From NCBI GenBank assembly GCA_945867875.1, contig CAMBJF010000001.1:1-41001 (forward strand): DNA of 41,001 bases, in the 5' to 3' direction. Source of the stretch: an uncultured Ruminococcus sp. (lineage in GTDB: Bacteria > Bacillota > Clostridia > Oscillospirales > Ruminococcaceae). The stretch's first letter is position 1; each line of letters opens with the position of its first letter. Position numbers and translations under genes: made by a program. Shown piece by piece: positions 29,003-38,990 of the stretch. The notes beneath the pieces are model-generated. The model was given only the letters and a program-made list of their open reading frames with translations, searched no databases and had not been told where the DNA came from.

Positions 29003-29734
29003 TTAACCTCTGAGGTTGTTAACAAGATTGTTCAGCTCATCGTGGAGCTTTACCATATTTACATTGAGCTGAAAGGCTCTCTGATATTCGATTACCTTGG
29101 TCATCTCGGTGGCAACATTAGTGCCCGAGGCTTCCATATAGCCCTGCTTTATCTTTATGGTGTCATCGGCAATGGCATCGCCGCTTGAACCTGTGTTTAT
29201 GAAATAGTTGTCGCCGAACTGGTCGAGACCGTAGGGATTTTCAAAGCGGTATGTGCCTATCTGAGGGATAAGGGCAGTGTAATCTATCTGCTCGTCCTCG
29301 GTAAATGGCACGGTTATGCGGTTTCCCTCGCCGTCAAGAACGAAACTGCCCTTGCTGTCGCAGAGCTGCCATGTTCCGTTTCCGTCAATGTCGGTGATGT
29401 AGAAAGCACCGTCCTTGGTGTATGCAGTGTTGCCCGAGGGGGTCTCAACAGCGAAAAAGCCCTCGTCAAGAGCGGCAAAGTCAAGGTCACGCTCGGTGTG
29501 GCGGAGAGTTGACTGCTCAAACATAAGGTCGGTCTTGTCGACTTTAACGCCGTGACCCGTCTGCACTTCCTCGATATTGTTGTTGCGTTTGGTGTAAACA
29601 AGGTCGGCAAAGGATGGACGGGAGGCCTTGAAGCCGTATGTATTCACGTTTGCAAGGTTGTTGCCCGTGATGTCCATACCCATCTGATTGCTGATAACGC
29701 CTGTGGTGGCGGTGAAAAATCCTATCCTGCCCAT
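29003..29734 (-). CDS. Flagellar basal-body rod protein (FlgG/FlhP-like)
   Basis: NNLANVNTYGFK, YTKDGAF, C-terminal EMTKVIEYQRAFQLN. Confidence 0.9.
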   Translation of the reverse strand: MGRIGFFTATTGVISNQMGMDITGNNLANVNTYGFKASRPSFADLVYTKRNNNIEEVQTGHGVKVDKTDLMFEQSTLRHTERDLDFAALDEGFFAVETPSGNTAYTKDGAFYITDIDGNGTWQLCDSKGSFVLDGEGNRITVPFTEDEQIDYTALIPQIGTYRFENPYGLDQFGDNYFINTGSSGDAIADDTIKIKQGYMEASGTNVATEMTKVIEYQRAFQLNVNMVKLHDELNNLVNNLRG

Positions 29735-29762
29735 TTATCTATCATTCCTTTCAGAAAAGGCG

Positions 29763-30518
29763 TCATATTTTCATAAGATTGTTGACGGCAATCTGATTTA
29801 CGGAGTTGATAATCTGGAGCGCCTGAGAATTTGCCCTGAAAAGGGAGTTTGCGTCCATAGCCTTAGCCATTTCCGCAGCAATATTCACATTTGAGCGCTC
29901 ATACCAGCCCTGCCTTATGCGGTAGACCATACCGTTGGGGATATTTCCCCACTGAGCATTGTCATATGTGCGGATAAGGTTGGTGTCCACCTTTTCCACG
30001 TCCGCATCATCGGGGATATACGTAAGGGCAAGCCGGATATTTCTGCCGTCATCGACTTCGATAAGTCCGTCCTCTCTCACGGTAAAATCCGCAGTGCCAA
30101 GCTGAATGGGGTCGCCGTTGTCATCAATGACCCTGCCCGCAGAGCCGAGAGAAAGATATCCCTCATTGTCAATATTGAACTGACCGTTTCGTGTCAGGAG
30201 CACCTCGCCCGTGTCACGGCGCTGAATGTTGAAGTAAACAGAGCCCATAACAGCCATATCAAGGCGGGAATCGGTCTGCTCAAAGGTTCCCGAGGTAAGA
30301 TCGGTCTTTGTTTCCTCAAGAGTTCTGTAGCGGATAGTGCCGGTATCGCTCCGTCTGCCGTTTGCAAGCAATAACAGATTATCGTGAAATGTTGTGGGGA
30401 TAGCCGCATCAGACTTGTATCCCGCAGTATTCGTGTTTGAAAGATTATTGGTGATAACGTTAAGTATCCTCTCTTCGTTCAGGATACCGTTGACCGAGGT
30501 GTAATATCCTCTGAGCAT
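29763..30518 (-). CDS. Flagellar basal-body rod protein (FlgF/FlhO-like)
   Basis: MLRGYYTS, NNLSNTNTAGYK, LTRNGQF, ERSNVN...EM. Confidence 0.9.
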   Translation of the reverse strand: MLRGYYTSVNGILNEERILNVITNNLSNTNTAGYKSDAAIPTTFHDNLLLLANGRRSDTGTIRYRTLEETKTDLTSGTFEQTDSRLDMAVMGSVYFNIQRRDTGEVLLTRNGQFNIDNEGYLSLGSAGRVIDDNGDPIQLGTADFTVREDGLIEVDDGRNIRLALTYIPDDADVEKVDTNLIRTYDNAQWGNIPNGMVYRIRQGWYERSNVNIAAEMAKAMDANSLFRANSQALQIINSVNQIAVNNLMKI

Positions 30519-30544
30519 AGCATTTACCGCCTTTCATCGTAAAG

Positions 30545-31318
30545 TCAGTCCAGCATATATTCCGAAATGCTTTCCCTCAGCTTGTCCACAGCCTTGGTGT
30601 GTATCTGGCATACCCTTGACTCGGATAAGCCCATTACCTTTGCAATTTCGGAGTATTTCAGCTTTTCGTAATAGTAAAGTGTGATGACAGTCCGTTCCTT
30701 GTCCTTGAGACCGTCAATGGCAGCCGCAAGCCTACTCCGCCTTTCCGAGAGCATAAGCCCTGCTTCCGCCGAGCTGTTTGCATTTTCATCAGCCATATCA
30801 AAGCCATCAAAAAGCAGCTCTTCAAAGGAAAGGGTGTTTGCCGCCGACGACCGTGACAGGAGACTGTCCAGCTTGTCGGGGGAAATATTAAGCCTTGCGG
30901 AAATTTCCTCCCGTGACGGCTCTCTGTCAAGCTCCGTGTACAAAGCGGAATATGCGCTGTCATAATCACGGATAAACTTGCGGACACCTCTCGGGACCGT
31001 GTCCTGCCTGCGGATATAATCGATTATCGCCCCACGCACCTTTATGGAAGCATAGGTGTCGAACTTAACGTTTTTTGATGGGTCAAAGCTGTCAACAGCG
31101 TTCATCAGAGCGAGAACAGCTTCGTTTGAGATGTCGTCGTCATCAGCATACCGCCTGTACATATTTCTCGTGGAAAGCACGGCGTATCGCACGATATGCA
31201 TACTGCGCATAACTATCTCATTTCGCAGGGACTTGTCGGGTGTCCGTCTGTATCTGTCGAAGAGCTCGGACATATCCGTGCTTACCTGCGCTGTATTTTC
31301 AGCATACACATCAGCCAC
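30545..31318 (-). CDS. fliA: FliA/WhiG family RNA polymerase sigma factor
   Basis: FDTYASIKVRGAIIDYIRRQDTVPR, LYYYE, SESRVCQIH. Confidence 0.93.
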   Translation of the reverse strand: MADVYAENTAQVSTDMSELFDRYRRTPDKSLRNEIVMRSMHIVRYAVLSTRNMYRRYADDDDISNEAVLALMNAVDSFDPSKNVKFDTYASIKVRGAIIDYIRRQDTVPRGVRKFIRDYDSAYSALYTELDREPSREEISARLNISPDKLDSLLSRSSAANTLSFEELLFDGFDMADENANSSAEAGLMLSERRSRLAAAIDGLKDKERTVITLYYYEKLKYSEIAKVMGLSESRVCQIHTKAVDKLRESISEYMLD

Positions 31319-31358
31319 CGCCTTTCGTTCAATGGGCTTGTCCCGTCATTCAGCGCAG

Positions 31359-33434
31359 TTATATGCTGATATTTCCCACAGCCTGGATCTGAACGGTGTT
31401 GTCTATCTCATTGAAAGAGAGCACCGTCACATTGGGGATAAACTGATCCACAAGCTTCTTGAAGTAGATGCGGACAATGGGAGATGTGAGAACGATAGGG
31501 GAGGGAACGACCTCCTTTATCTTCTCTATCTGAGCGTTGAGGGAAGCGATAAGAGCCTGAATTGACTGAGGGTCAAGGGCAAGATATGAGCCTTGCTCGG
31601 ATTTTTTCACGGAGGAAACGATCTTATTTTCCGTCTCAGTGTCAAGGGTAATGACTCTTATCTGACCGCCGTCGGAGAAACGTCTTGTAATGGTTCGTTT
31701 CAGCGCCTGACGGACATATTCGTTTGTAATGTCAAGGTCTTTCATATTGTGCTGGTTGTCCGCAAGAGTTTCGAGAATGGTCTGAAGGTCTCTTATAGGC
31801 ACATTTTCCTTAAGGAGCATACAAAGCTCCTTCTGAAGATATGCCACGGGCACAACGCTTGGAACGATATCCTCCACCACCGAAGGATTTGTCTCCTTAA
31901 GCTTTTCCAGCATCGTCTTGACGTCCTGACGGCTGAGAAGCTCGTAGGCGTGGTTTTTGATGACCTCGGAAAGGTGGGTTATCATAACAGATGTGGGGTC
32001 GATAAGGGTGTATCCCGCAATTTCGGCACGGAGCTTGTTTTCCTCGCTTATCCACTTTGCGGGGATATTAAAGGCAGGCTCAATGGTGTCGATGCCGTCC
32101 ACCTCACGGGTAACGTTTCCGCTGTCCAAAGCAAGATAATGGTCCATAAGTATCTCGCCCTCGGCAACAGTCTCGCCCTTTATCTTGATAACGTACTGAT
32201 TGGGATTTATGTGCTGATTGTCACGCATACGGATAGATGGGAAGACCATACCCATATCAATGGCAAACTGCTTTCTGAAAATGACCACACGCTCTATGAA
32301 CGTTCCGCCTGCGGATTCGTCCGCCAGCGGTATCAGCGAGTAGCCGAATTCCATTTCGATAGGCTCAACGTTAAGGAGCTTGTAAACATTGTCGATATCC
32401 TTGTAATATTCCATTTCGGAAATAGCGTCCTGATTTTCCGCCATTTCCTTTGCACCCTGCTCCTCAGCAGCCTGCTCCTCAGTTTTCATTGAGCGTGAAA
32501 GTCCCACGCCGAGAGCTATGAGAGCGCCGCCCAGCACGAAAAGGGTGAGGGTGGGGAAGCCGGGGATAAAGCCCATTACGAACATCACTATGCCTGCGAT
32601 AAGAGGCACTCTGGGCTGTGATGTGAACTGACCGATAACGTCGCTGTTGAGGGATTCCTCGGAAGCGGCACGGGTAACTATCATACCCATTGATATAGAT
32701 ATGAGGAGGGAGGGAATCTGAGAGCAGAGGCCGTCTCCCACGGTTGCGATAGAGTAGGTGGAGAGGACTGTTGCAAAGTCCATACCGCCGAAAACAAGAC
32801 CCATTATAGCGCCGCCAAGGAGGTTAACTATAGCGGCAACAATGGAGAATGTGGCGTCTCCCTTTACAAACTTGGCAGCACCGTCCATAGCGCCGAAGAA
32901 ATCGGATTCTCTCTGCACCTTGTCACGGCGTATCTTAGCCTGCTTGTCGTCAATGATGCCCTGATTGAGGTCGGCGTCAATAGCCATCTGCTTACCGGGC
33001 ATAGCGTCCAGAGTAAAGCGGGCAGTAACCTCCGCAACTCGCTCTGCGCCCTTGGTGATTACCACCATCTGCACAACGGTTATGAGTATGAACACGATAA
33101 ATCCGACCACAGCATTTCCGCCCATTACGAATGTGCCGAACGCCTTGACGATCTCGCCCGCATAGCCCTGATTCATAAGAATGGAACGGGTTGAGGAGAT
33201 GTTAAGACCCAGTCTGAAAACCGTTGTTATGAGTAGCAGTGACGGGAATATGGAGAACTCAAGTGATTCCTTTATGTACATCGTCGTAAGGAGAATGTAC
33301 ACCGACAGGGCAATGTTTACCGCAAAAAGCAGGTCAAGAAGCCATGTGGGAAGAGGGATTACAATGAGAAATACAGCGAGAATGACAAATACCGTAACGA
33401 TATTTTTGCCAATGACTTTTTTTAAAAAATCCAC
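31359..33434 (-). CDS. flhA: Flagellar export protein FlhA
   Basis: RVAEVTARFTLDAMPGKQMAIDADL, FFGAMDGAAKFVKGDA. Confidence 0.97.
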   Translation of the reverse strand: MDFLKKVIGKNIVTVFVILAVFLIVIPLPTWLLDLLFAVNIALSVYILLTTMYIKESLEFSIFPSLLLITTVFRLGLNISSTRSILMNQGYAGEIVKAFGTFVMGGNAVVGFIVFILITVVQMVVITKGAERVAEVTARFTLDAMPGKQMAIDADLNQGIIDDKQAKIRRDKVQRESDFFGAMDGAAKFVKGDATFSIVAAIVNLLGGAIMGLVFGGMDFATVLSTYSIATVGDGLCSQIPSLLISISMGMIVTRAASEESLNSDVIGQFTSQPRVPLIAGIVMFVMGFIPGFPTLTLFVLGGALIALGVGLSRSMKTEEQAAEEQGAKEMAENQDAISEMEYYKDIDNVYKLLNVEPIEMEFGYSLIPLADESAGGTFIERVVIFRKQFAIDMGMVFPSIRMRDNQHINPNQYVIKIKGETVAEGEILMDHYLALDSGNVTREVDGIDTIEPAFNIPAKWISEENKLRAEIAGYTLIDPTSVMITHLSEVIKNHAYELLSRQDVKTMLEKLKETNPSVVEDIVPSVVPVAYLQKELCMLLKENVPIRDLQTILETLADNQHNMKDLDITNEYVRQALKRTITRRFSDGGQIRVITLDTETENKIVSSVKKSEQGSYLALDPQSIQALIASLNAQIEKIKEVVPSPIVLTSPIVRIYFKKLVDQFIPNVTVLSFNEIDNTVQIQAVGNISI

Positions 33435-33463
33435 TATGGTATTGCCGCCCTCCTTGTATTGCG

Positions 33464-34600
33464 TCAGTAATTAAACGGCGCAGATGATTTGTTTTCGGGT
33501 AAAATTCCTTTCGGAACAGGTTTCTTTTTAAGGTTGTAAACGAACCAGAGCACATCTGCGGCAGCCTGATAAAACTCCGCAGGAATTTCTCTGTCGATGT
33601 CTACCTTTTCGTAGATACCCCTTGCAAGAGGTACGTTTTCCACAGTAGGGACATCGTTTTCCGCCGCTATATCCGCAATTCTCAGTGCCGCAAGGTCTTT
33701 TCCCTTTGCAGTCACCACAGGAGCGGAATTCTTTTCGGGGTCATATTTGAGTGCCACAGCAAAATGTGTAGGGTTACGGATAACCACGTCCGCCTCGGGT
33801 ACAGCCTGCATCATACGCTGATTAGCCATCTGCTGCTGTATCGCACGGCGCTTTCCCTTTATCTTGGGGTCTCCCTCCATCTGCTTGAACTCGTCCTTGA
33901 CCTCCTGCTTGGTCATTTTCAGGTCATTTTCATAGGAGTAGCGCTGGAACATAAAATCCACAGCCGCCACCGCCACAAAGACCATACCAAGTGTCATAAC
34001 TATGGAGAAAATAGTCTGAGCGATGTAAACAACGCCGCTTATGGGCTCCATATCCATAAGCCTTACCATTTCGGGCAGTCTGTCCTTTATTTCGCCGTAG
34101 ACCACAACGATAAGGAGTATCATTTTCAGAAGAGACTTTGCAAGCTCGAAAAGTCCTTTCAGAGAGAACATTTTTTTGATGCCGTTTATGGGATTTAGCT
34201 TGCTCAGCTTGAATTTCAGGTTTTCAAAGGAAATGAGGAATTTCGTCTGAATGCCCGTTGAAGCTATCGCCACAATGAACGATGCCGCCAGCAGAGCACC
34301 CGTCGTTACGAAGAATACAACCGCAAAATCAATGGCAAGACCTCTTGCAAAGCTTTCCCTGCCGATGTATTCCATATCGCCGATACCCTCGCCCGCCATT
34401 GAGAAATACTTTTTCATAAAGTCTCCCAAACGGGTGAAAATGGTGGGGGCGGTTATCCTCAGTACGAAAAAGGAAAGAAACAGTGAGCACACCACGGCAA
34501 CGTCCTGACTTTTCAGGACCTGACCCTTTTTTCGGGCATCACGCCGCTTTTTGTCGGTGGCTTCTTCGGTTTTCTCCTCGCCGTTTTCGTTTTCCGCCAT
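33464..34600 (-). CDS. flhB: Flagellar export switch protein FlhB
   Basis: EKTEEAT, KMTKQEVKDEFKQMEGDP, NPTH autocleavage site. Confidence 0.97.
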   Translation of the reverse strand: MAENENGEEKTEEATDKKRRDARKKGQVLKSQDVAVVCSLFLSFFVLRITAPTIFTRLGDFMKKYFSMAGEGIGDMEYIGRESFARGLAIDFAVVFFVTTGALLAASFIVAIASTGIQTKFLISFENLKFKLSKLNPINGIKKMFSLKGLFELAKSLLKMILLIVVVYGEIKDRLPEMVRLMDMEPISGVVYIAQTIFSIVMTLGMVFVAVAAVDFMFQRYSYENDLKMTKQEVKDEFKQMEGDPKIKGKRRAIQQQMANQRMMQAVPEADVVIRNPTHFAVALKYDPEKNSAPVVTAKGKDLAALRIADIAAENDVPTVENVPLARGIYEKVDIDREIPAEFYQAAADVLWFVYNLKKKPVPKGILPENKSSAPFNY

Positions 34601-34627
34601 TTGACCACCAGCCTTTGCAAAACGGAA

Positions 34628-35410
34628 TTATGTGAATATAAGGGGAAGTATCTCTCTGCAGGTACCCAGCATCTTGTCGGTGTAATCCGCAATGAACTCG
34701 CCCATAGGTGAGGTTATGGCGAAAAGCACCACAAATCCCACGATAACTTTAAGCTGGATATTCACCACGATTATCTGTACCTGGGGAACGGTTTTCATCA
34801 GAATGCCCATACAGAATTCCACGATAAGCTCGGCGGCTATCACGGGCATTGCAAGCTGCATCATCAGCACGAGTATCTGTGAAAACATCGTCACGATAGT
34901 CCAGCCGAGGTCGGGATTTAAATGCCCGCCTCCGAGAGGTATCACCTCAAAGGACTCCACAAAAATGCGTATCAGCGTAAGATGAGCGTTTGAAGCGAAG
35001 AAGTACAGATACATAAAGAAGCCTGCGAATGATCCGTACATCGACATCTGTATATGGGTCGAGGGGTCAAAGACCTTCGCCATACCGAGACCCGCCTGAG
35101 CGTCCATAATGTCGCCCGCAAGGTATATCATATAAACGAACATATCGCATATGAACCCGAGAACGATGCCTATGAACAGCTCTGTCACAAAGCTCAGAGC
35201 ATATTGCCCCACCGTATCACCCGCATCAAACTCCATCGGAGGGAGCGCAAGAGCCACGATGTATGCGATAAGCAGGGACAGCCCGACTCTCACCCTTGCG
35301 GGGATATTGCTTCTCGAAAGAATGGGGTTAAAGGAAAAAATGCCCAGTATTCTTGCGAATACCATAATTTTTATATCAAGATCAGACAGGAGCAGCTCCC
35401 AGAAATCCAT
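34628..35410 (-). CDS. fliR: Flagellar export protein FliR
   Basis: AGDIMDAQAGLGMA..FDP, KTVPQVQI; position between fliQ and flhB. Confidence 0.93.
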   Translation of the reverse strand: MDFWELLLSDLDIKIMVFARILGIFSFNPILSRSNIPARVRVGLSLLIAYIVALALPPMEFDAGDTVGQYALSFVTELFIGIVLGFICDMFVYMIYLAGDIMDAQAGLGMAKVFDPSTHIQMSMYGSFAGFFMYLYFFASNAHLTLIRIFVESFEVIPLGGGHLNPDLGWTIVTMFSQILVLMMQLAMPVIAAELIVEFCMGILMKTVPQVQIIVVNIQLKVIVGFVVLFAITSPMGEFIADYTDKMLGTCREILPLIFT

Positions 35411-35440
35411 AACAAAACCAGCTTTCTTGGAGTGTCACCG

Positions 35441-35725
35441 TCAGCCCGACACGGTCTGCGTGCTGATGTTTCCTATCATATCGAAGATCTCGGTAACAAA
35501 AGTGTCCGTGCTTGCGATGTAGAACGAAGCAAGGAGCACCAGCAGAAGTGCTATGACCACAAGCTTCGGAACAAAGCTCAGGGTCTGCTCGTGAACCTGC
35601 GTTGCCGCCTGGATAATGGCGATAACAAGTCCCACCAGCATACTTATGATGAGAAGGGGACCTGCCAGCTTGAAAACAAGTATCATAGCGTCCTTAAAGA
35701 TCTGAATAACAGCGTCCTCAGTCAC
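35441..35725 (-). CDS. fliQ: Flagellar export protein FliQ
   Basis: QAATQVHEQTLSFVPKL. Confidence 0.96.
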   Translation of the reverse strand: MTEDAVIQIFKDAMILVFKLAGPLLIISMLVGLVIAIIQAATQVHEQTLSFVPKLVVIALLLVLLASFYIASTDTFVTEIFDMIGNISTQTVSG

Positions 35726-35758
35726 CTTGCAGCTCCACTTCCTTTCATAAAAGTCGGT

Positions 35759-36757
35759 TTACATATTAAAGCCCGAAACCAGTGAACCTGCCAGCAATTG
35801 CCAGCCGTCCACAAGCACGAACATAAGGATCTTAAATGGCATAGCCACCGTTGACGGCGGCATCATCATCATACCGAGGGACATAAGCACCGACGAGACC
35901 ACCATATCTATTACCAGAAACGGAATAAAGAGCAGGAAGCCTATCTGGAAGCCTATTTTTATCTCACTCAGAATAAATGCGGGAGCCACAAGCTTAAAGG
36001 GTATAGCCTCGATGAAGCTTTCATCGTCTGCGGCAGGGTATTCCTCACCCGAAAGCTCGATAAAAAACGACATCGTGTCGTTTGACGTGTTTTTGAGCAT
36101 CCACTTTTTGAGAGGTACGGAAGCCTGCTGAATCGCCTCGATAGAGGTGTACTCGCCGTTTTTGTAGGGCACATAAGCGACCTCGTTCATCTCGTCAAGA
36201 ACGGGTGACATTATAAACAGAGTAAGAAACAGCGCAAGACCTATCATTACCTGATTGGGAGGAGTCGTCTGGATTCCCATAGCATTTCTCAGCAGCGAAA
36301 ACGAAATGATAATGCGGGTAAAACAGGTGAGCATTATCAGTATGGACGGTGCAAGAGAAATAACAGTCAGAAGAATGATAAGGTCAAGAGTGTTGGAATT
36401 ATTGTTAAGGTCCAGCATATCGAGAATACTGTCTGTATTCCCGTCATCGTGTGTTACAGGCTCGTTGTATGGGAGCGTTGTCTCCGCCTCGGTCACGGAC
36501 TGAGCAGGGATAGTGGTCTGAGCGGTCTCAGGAACAGTGGTGGTCACATTTGAAAGCTCGGTCTCCATAGGCGTTGTGATCGTCGTCACCGAGGTAACGA
36601 CACCGCTTTCCTCCGAGGGGGAATTTACTGCATATGTGACCGCACCCGCCGTGCCCCACATAAGCAGAGCTGCGCAGATACCGCCTGCCGCTGCGGCTTT
36701 CAGCTTTTTCGGGAAAGAGCCGCATATTTTATTTTCCGCAATGCGGTTATTATTCAT
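35759..36757 (-). CDS. fliP: Flagellar export protein FliP with long N-terminal extension
   Basis: FTRIII, QTTPPNQV, PFLVIDMVVSSVLMSLGMMMMPP, FVLVDGW. Confidence 0.96.
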   Translation of the reverse strand: MNNNRIAENKICGSFPKKLKAAAAGGICAALLMWGTAGAVTYAVNSPSEESGVVTSVTTITTPMETELSNVTTTVPETAQTTIPAQSVTEAETTLPYNEPVTHDDGNTDSILDMLDLNNNSNTLDLIILLTVISLAPSILIMLTCFTRIIISFSLLRNAMGIQTTPPNQVMIGLALFLTLFIMSPVLDEMNEVAYVPYKNGEYTSIEAIQQASVPLKKWMLKNTSNDTMSFFIELSGEEYPAADDESFIEAIPFKLVAPAFILSEIKIGFQIGFLLFIPFLVIDMVVSSVLMSLGMMMMPPSTVAMPFKILMFVLVDGWQLLAGSLVSGFNM

Positions 36758-36772
36758 AAATGCATCTGCCTT

Positions 36773-37168
36773 TCACGAATCGCTGCCGTCATCATCGCCC
36801 TTTTTAGGTGTGATGAACTCTTTGCCCAGCTTTGAAGCGTTGTATTTGAGACATTCCGAAAAGGATTTGCCCGCCATACCGTTTCCGTCGGAGGGAGGAG
36901 TCTCGATAAGCGCCATATCTTCCTCGGACAGCTCGCAAATAAGGTTTATGCCGCCCTGAGAAACGCCGATGAGCAGGTTCTTTTTCCCTGCTCTTACAGC
37001 AATGATGGACTTGTCCTGACCGACCCCGACGCTGGAGGATATTTTTATGCCCTTGCGGCTGTTTCCGCCTGTAATGCGGGTGTTGAGCCATTTCATAAGA
37101 TACAGCACACCCAGCATTATTGCGACCACCGCAATAAGAGCAAGAACAACCGATAAAAGCTCAGTCAT
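36773..37168 (-). CDS. fliO: Flagellar protein FliO/FliZ
   Basis: N-terminal TM followed by a beta domain with LLIGVS; position before fliP. Confidence 0.82.
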   Translation of the reverse strand: MTELLSVVLALIAVVAIMLGVLYLMKWLNTRITGGNSRKGIKISSSVGVGQDKSIIAVRAGKKNLLIGVSQGGINLICELSEEDMALIETPPSDGNGMAGKSFSECLKYNASKLGKEFITPKKGDDDGSDS

Positions 37169-37174
37169 TATTTA

Positions 37175-37537
37175 TCAGCCGATGATCTTCTGAACGGTTG
37201 CAAGAATTCTGTCGGGCTTGAAGGGCTTTACAATGAAGTCCAGAGCGCCGAGCTTGATAGCCTCAACGACCATAGATTCCTGACCCATAGCGGAGCACAT
37301 AACGACCTTTGCTGCGGGGTCAGCAGCCTTGATGTCTCTGAGAGCCTCAATGCCTGTCTTGTTGGGCATTGTGATATCCATAATAACAAGGTCAGGCTTT
37401 TCAGCGGCGTATGTATTGCATGCGATCTCGCCGTCAGCAGCCTCGATGATATTGGTATAGCCGTTTTTGGTGAGAGTGTCCTTGATCATCATACGCATAA
37501 AAGCAGCATCATCTACCAGCATTATCTTCTTGTCCAT
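37175..37537 (-). CDS. cheY: Chemotaxis response regulator CheY
   Basis: VDDAAFMRMM, MDITMP, CSAMGQ, FIVKPF. Confidence 0.96.
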   Translation of the reverse strand: MDKKIMLVDDAAFMRMMIKDTLTKNGYTNIIEAADGEIACNTYAAEKPDLVIMDITMPNKTGIEALRDIKAADPAAKVVMCSAMGQESMVVEAIKLGALDFIVKPFKPDRILATVQKIIG

Positions 37538-37543
37538 TGTAAA

Positions 37544-38986
37544 TTACTCCTTACCTAAATTATCTAAAAATTTTGATTTGATGATCTCTGTTATACGAAC
37601 AGCGAAGTTATCGTCAATTACCACAACATCGCCCTTTGCAATGAGGTGACCGTTAACGATTATATCCACAGGTGAACCTGCCTGACGTTCAAGCTCGATG
37701 ATAGTTCCCTGAGTGAAATCGAGAATTTCCTTCACCTTTTTGCGTGTGGAGCCAAGCTCAACGGTAACGTCAAGGGGAACGCCCATAAGCAGCTTAAGGT
37801 TATCGTTCTGATCGGCGTTGAGGTCCTTGTTGGTGTAGTCCTCAAAGCTCTGGAGCTGAACTGCCTGAACGTTCACAGCACTGCCCTTCTGAACAGGCTG
37901 CATCGGGGGATAGCCGTAAGGCATACCGTAATATCCGCCGTAAGGCATAGCCCCGGGCTGCATATTCATCTGAGGCATACCTGCTTGCTGGGATACACCT
38001 GCCTGATTGGATATATTAGGCTGCGCCATATTTTGCTGGGGCATACCGTTCATCTGAGGAGGAACGCCCTGCATATTCTGTGACTGCTGATTGTAAGCTG
38101 TCTGAGCAGTCTGCTGAGGAGCAGGCTGGGGAACAGGCTGAGGTGTGGGCTGAGATGTCTGAGCGTTAACGCCGTTTAAGAGCGCATTTATCTCGTCCTG
38201 AGAAAGAGTTCCACCCTGAGGAGCTGTCTGCTGAGCGGGCTGAGGTGCAGGCTGAGCAGGTTCTTCGGCAGTGCCGCTGCTTCCTGCGCCGCTGAGCAGC
38301 GCCTGTATTTCGTCCTGACTGAGATTTGAGGAAGGCTCTTCTTCCTCTTTCTTTTCTTCAGTTCCGCCGCCTGAGTAAGCAGCGATCATCTTCTGAGCCA
38401 TTTCCTTTGCAAGCTCGATGGTCATAACGGAGATAAATTCTGAGTTGATAACATTGTCGATAGTAAGCTTGAACCTTACCACACACACATTATCCTCGGG
38501 AGGAATGCCATAGGGGTTTACTCCCGTGCTTTCCTTGCTCACCTCCGCCTGCGGGGTGGAGATGTCGATAGGTGTGCTGATAAGTTCGGACAGAGCAGTT
38601 GCGGAAGCGCCCATCATCTGGTTCATAACTTCGCACACTGCGGATATGTTCATCTCGTCAAACTCAAAATCATCAGTGACTTCAAGGGGGAGACCCATCA
38701 GCTGATCGAGGATAAGCTGAACATCGTCCTGCTTGAGAACGAGAACATTCTCGCCGCTTACACCCTGAATATACTTGATCTTGACGTGAATGGAAGGCTC
38801 CAGCTCGGGATAGATCAGATCCTTAGCCTTTTCAATCGTCACCGTGGGGGTGGTTATCCAGACTTTGGCACTGAGCATATTGGAAACGGCGGTAGCAGCA
38901 GAGCCCATAGTTATGTTCATTATTTCGCCTATGGCATCTTTTTCCGCCTCTCCGAAGCCGTCAATAATAACGTTTTCGTCGCTCAT
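37544..38986 (-). CDS. fliY: Flagellar motor switch phosphatase FliY
   Basis: CheC-like domain with EIMN and EVMNQMMG motifs, long Q/P-rich linker, C-terminal FliN/SpoA domain. Confidence 0.93.
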   Translation of the reverse strand: MSDENVIIDGFGEAEKDAIGEIMNITMGSAATAVSNMLSAKVWITTPTVTIEKAKDLIYPELEPSIHVKIKYIQGVSGENVLVLKQDDVQLILDQLMGLPLEVTDDFEFDEMNISAVCEVMNQMMGASATALSELISTPIDISTPQAEVSKESTGVNPYGIPPEDNVCVVRFKLTIDNVINSEFISVMTIELAKEMAQKMIAAYSGGGTEEKKEEEEPSSNLSQDEIQALLSGAGSSGTAEEPAQPAPQPAQQTAPQGGTLSQDEINALLNGVNAQTSQPTPQPVPQPAPQQTAQTAYNQQSQNMQGVPPQMNGMPQQNMAQPNISNQAGVSQQAGMPQMNMQPGAMPYGGYYGMPYGYPPMQPVQKGSAVNVQAVQLQSFEDYTNKDLNADQNDNLKLLMGVPLDVTVELGSTRKKVKEILDFTQGTIIELERQAGSPVDIIVNGHLIAKGDVVVIDDNFAVRITEIIKSKFLDNLGKE

Positions 38987-38990
38987 TGTT

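Noticed and set aside
33417-33429. T6A7 slippery run in codons 2-6 of flhA as a phase-variation or frameshift site
   Set aside because: The gene is in frame, the runs are short, and AT-rich 5' codons are normal; no supporting stimulatory structure is seen.
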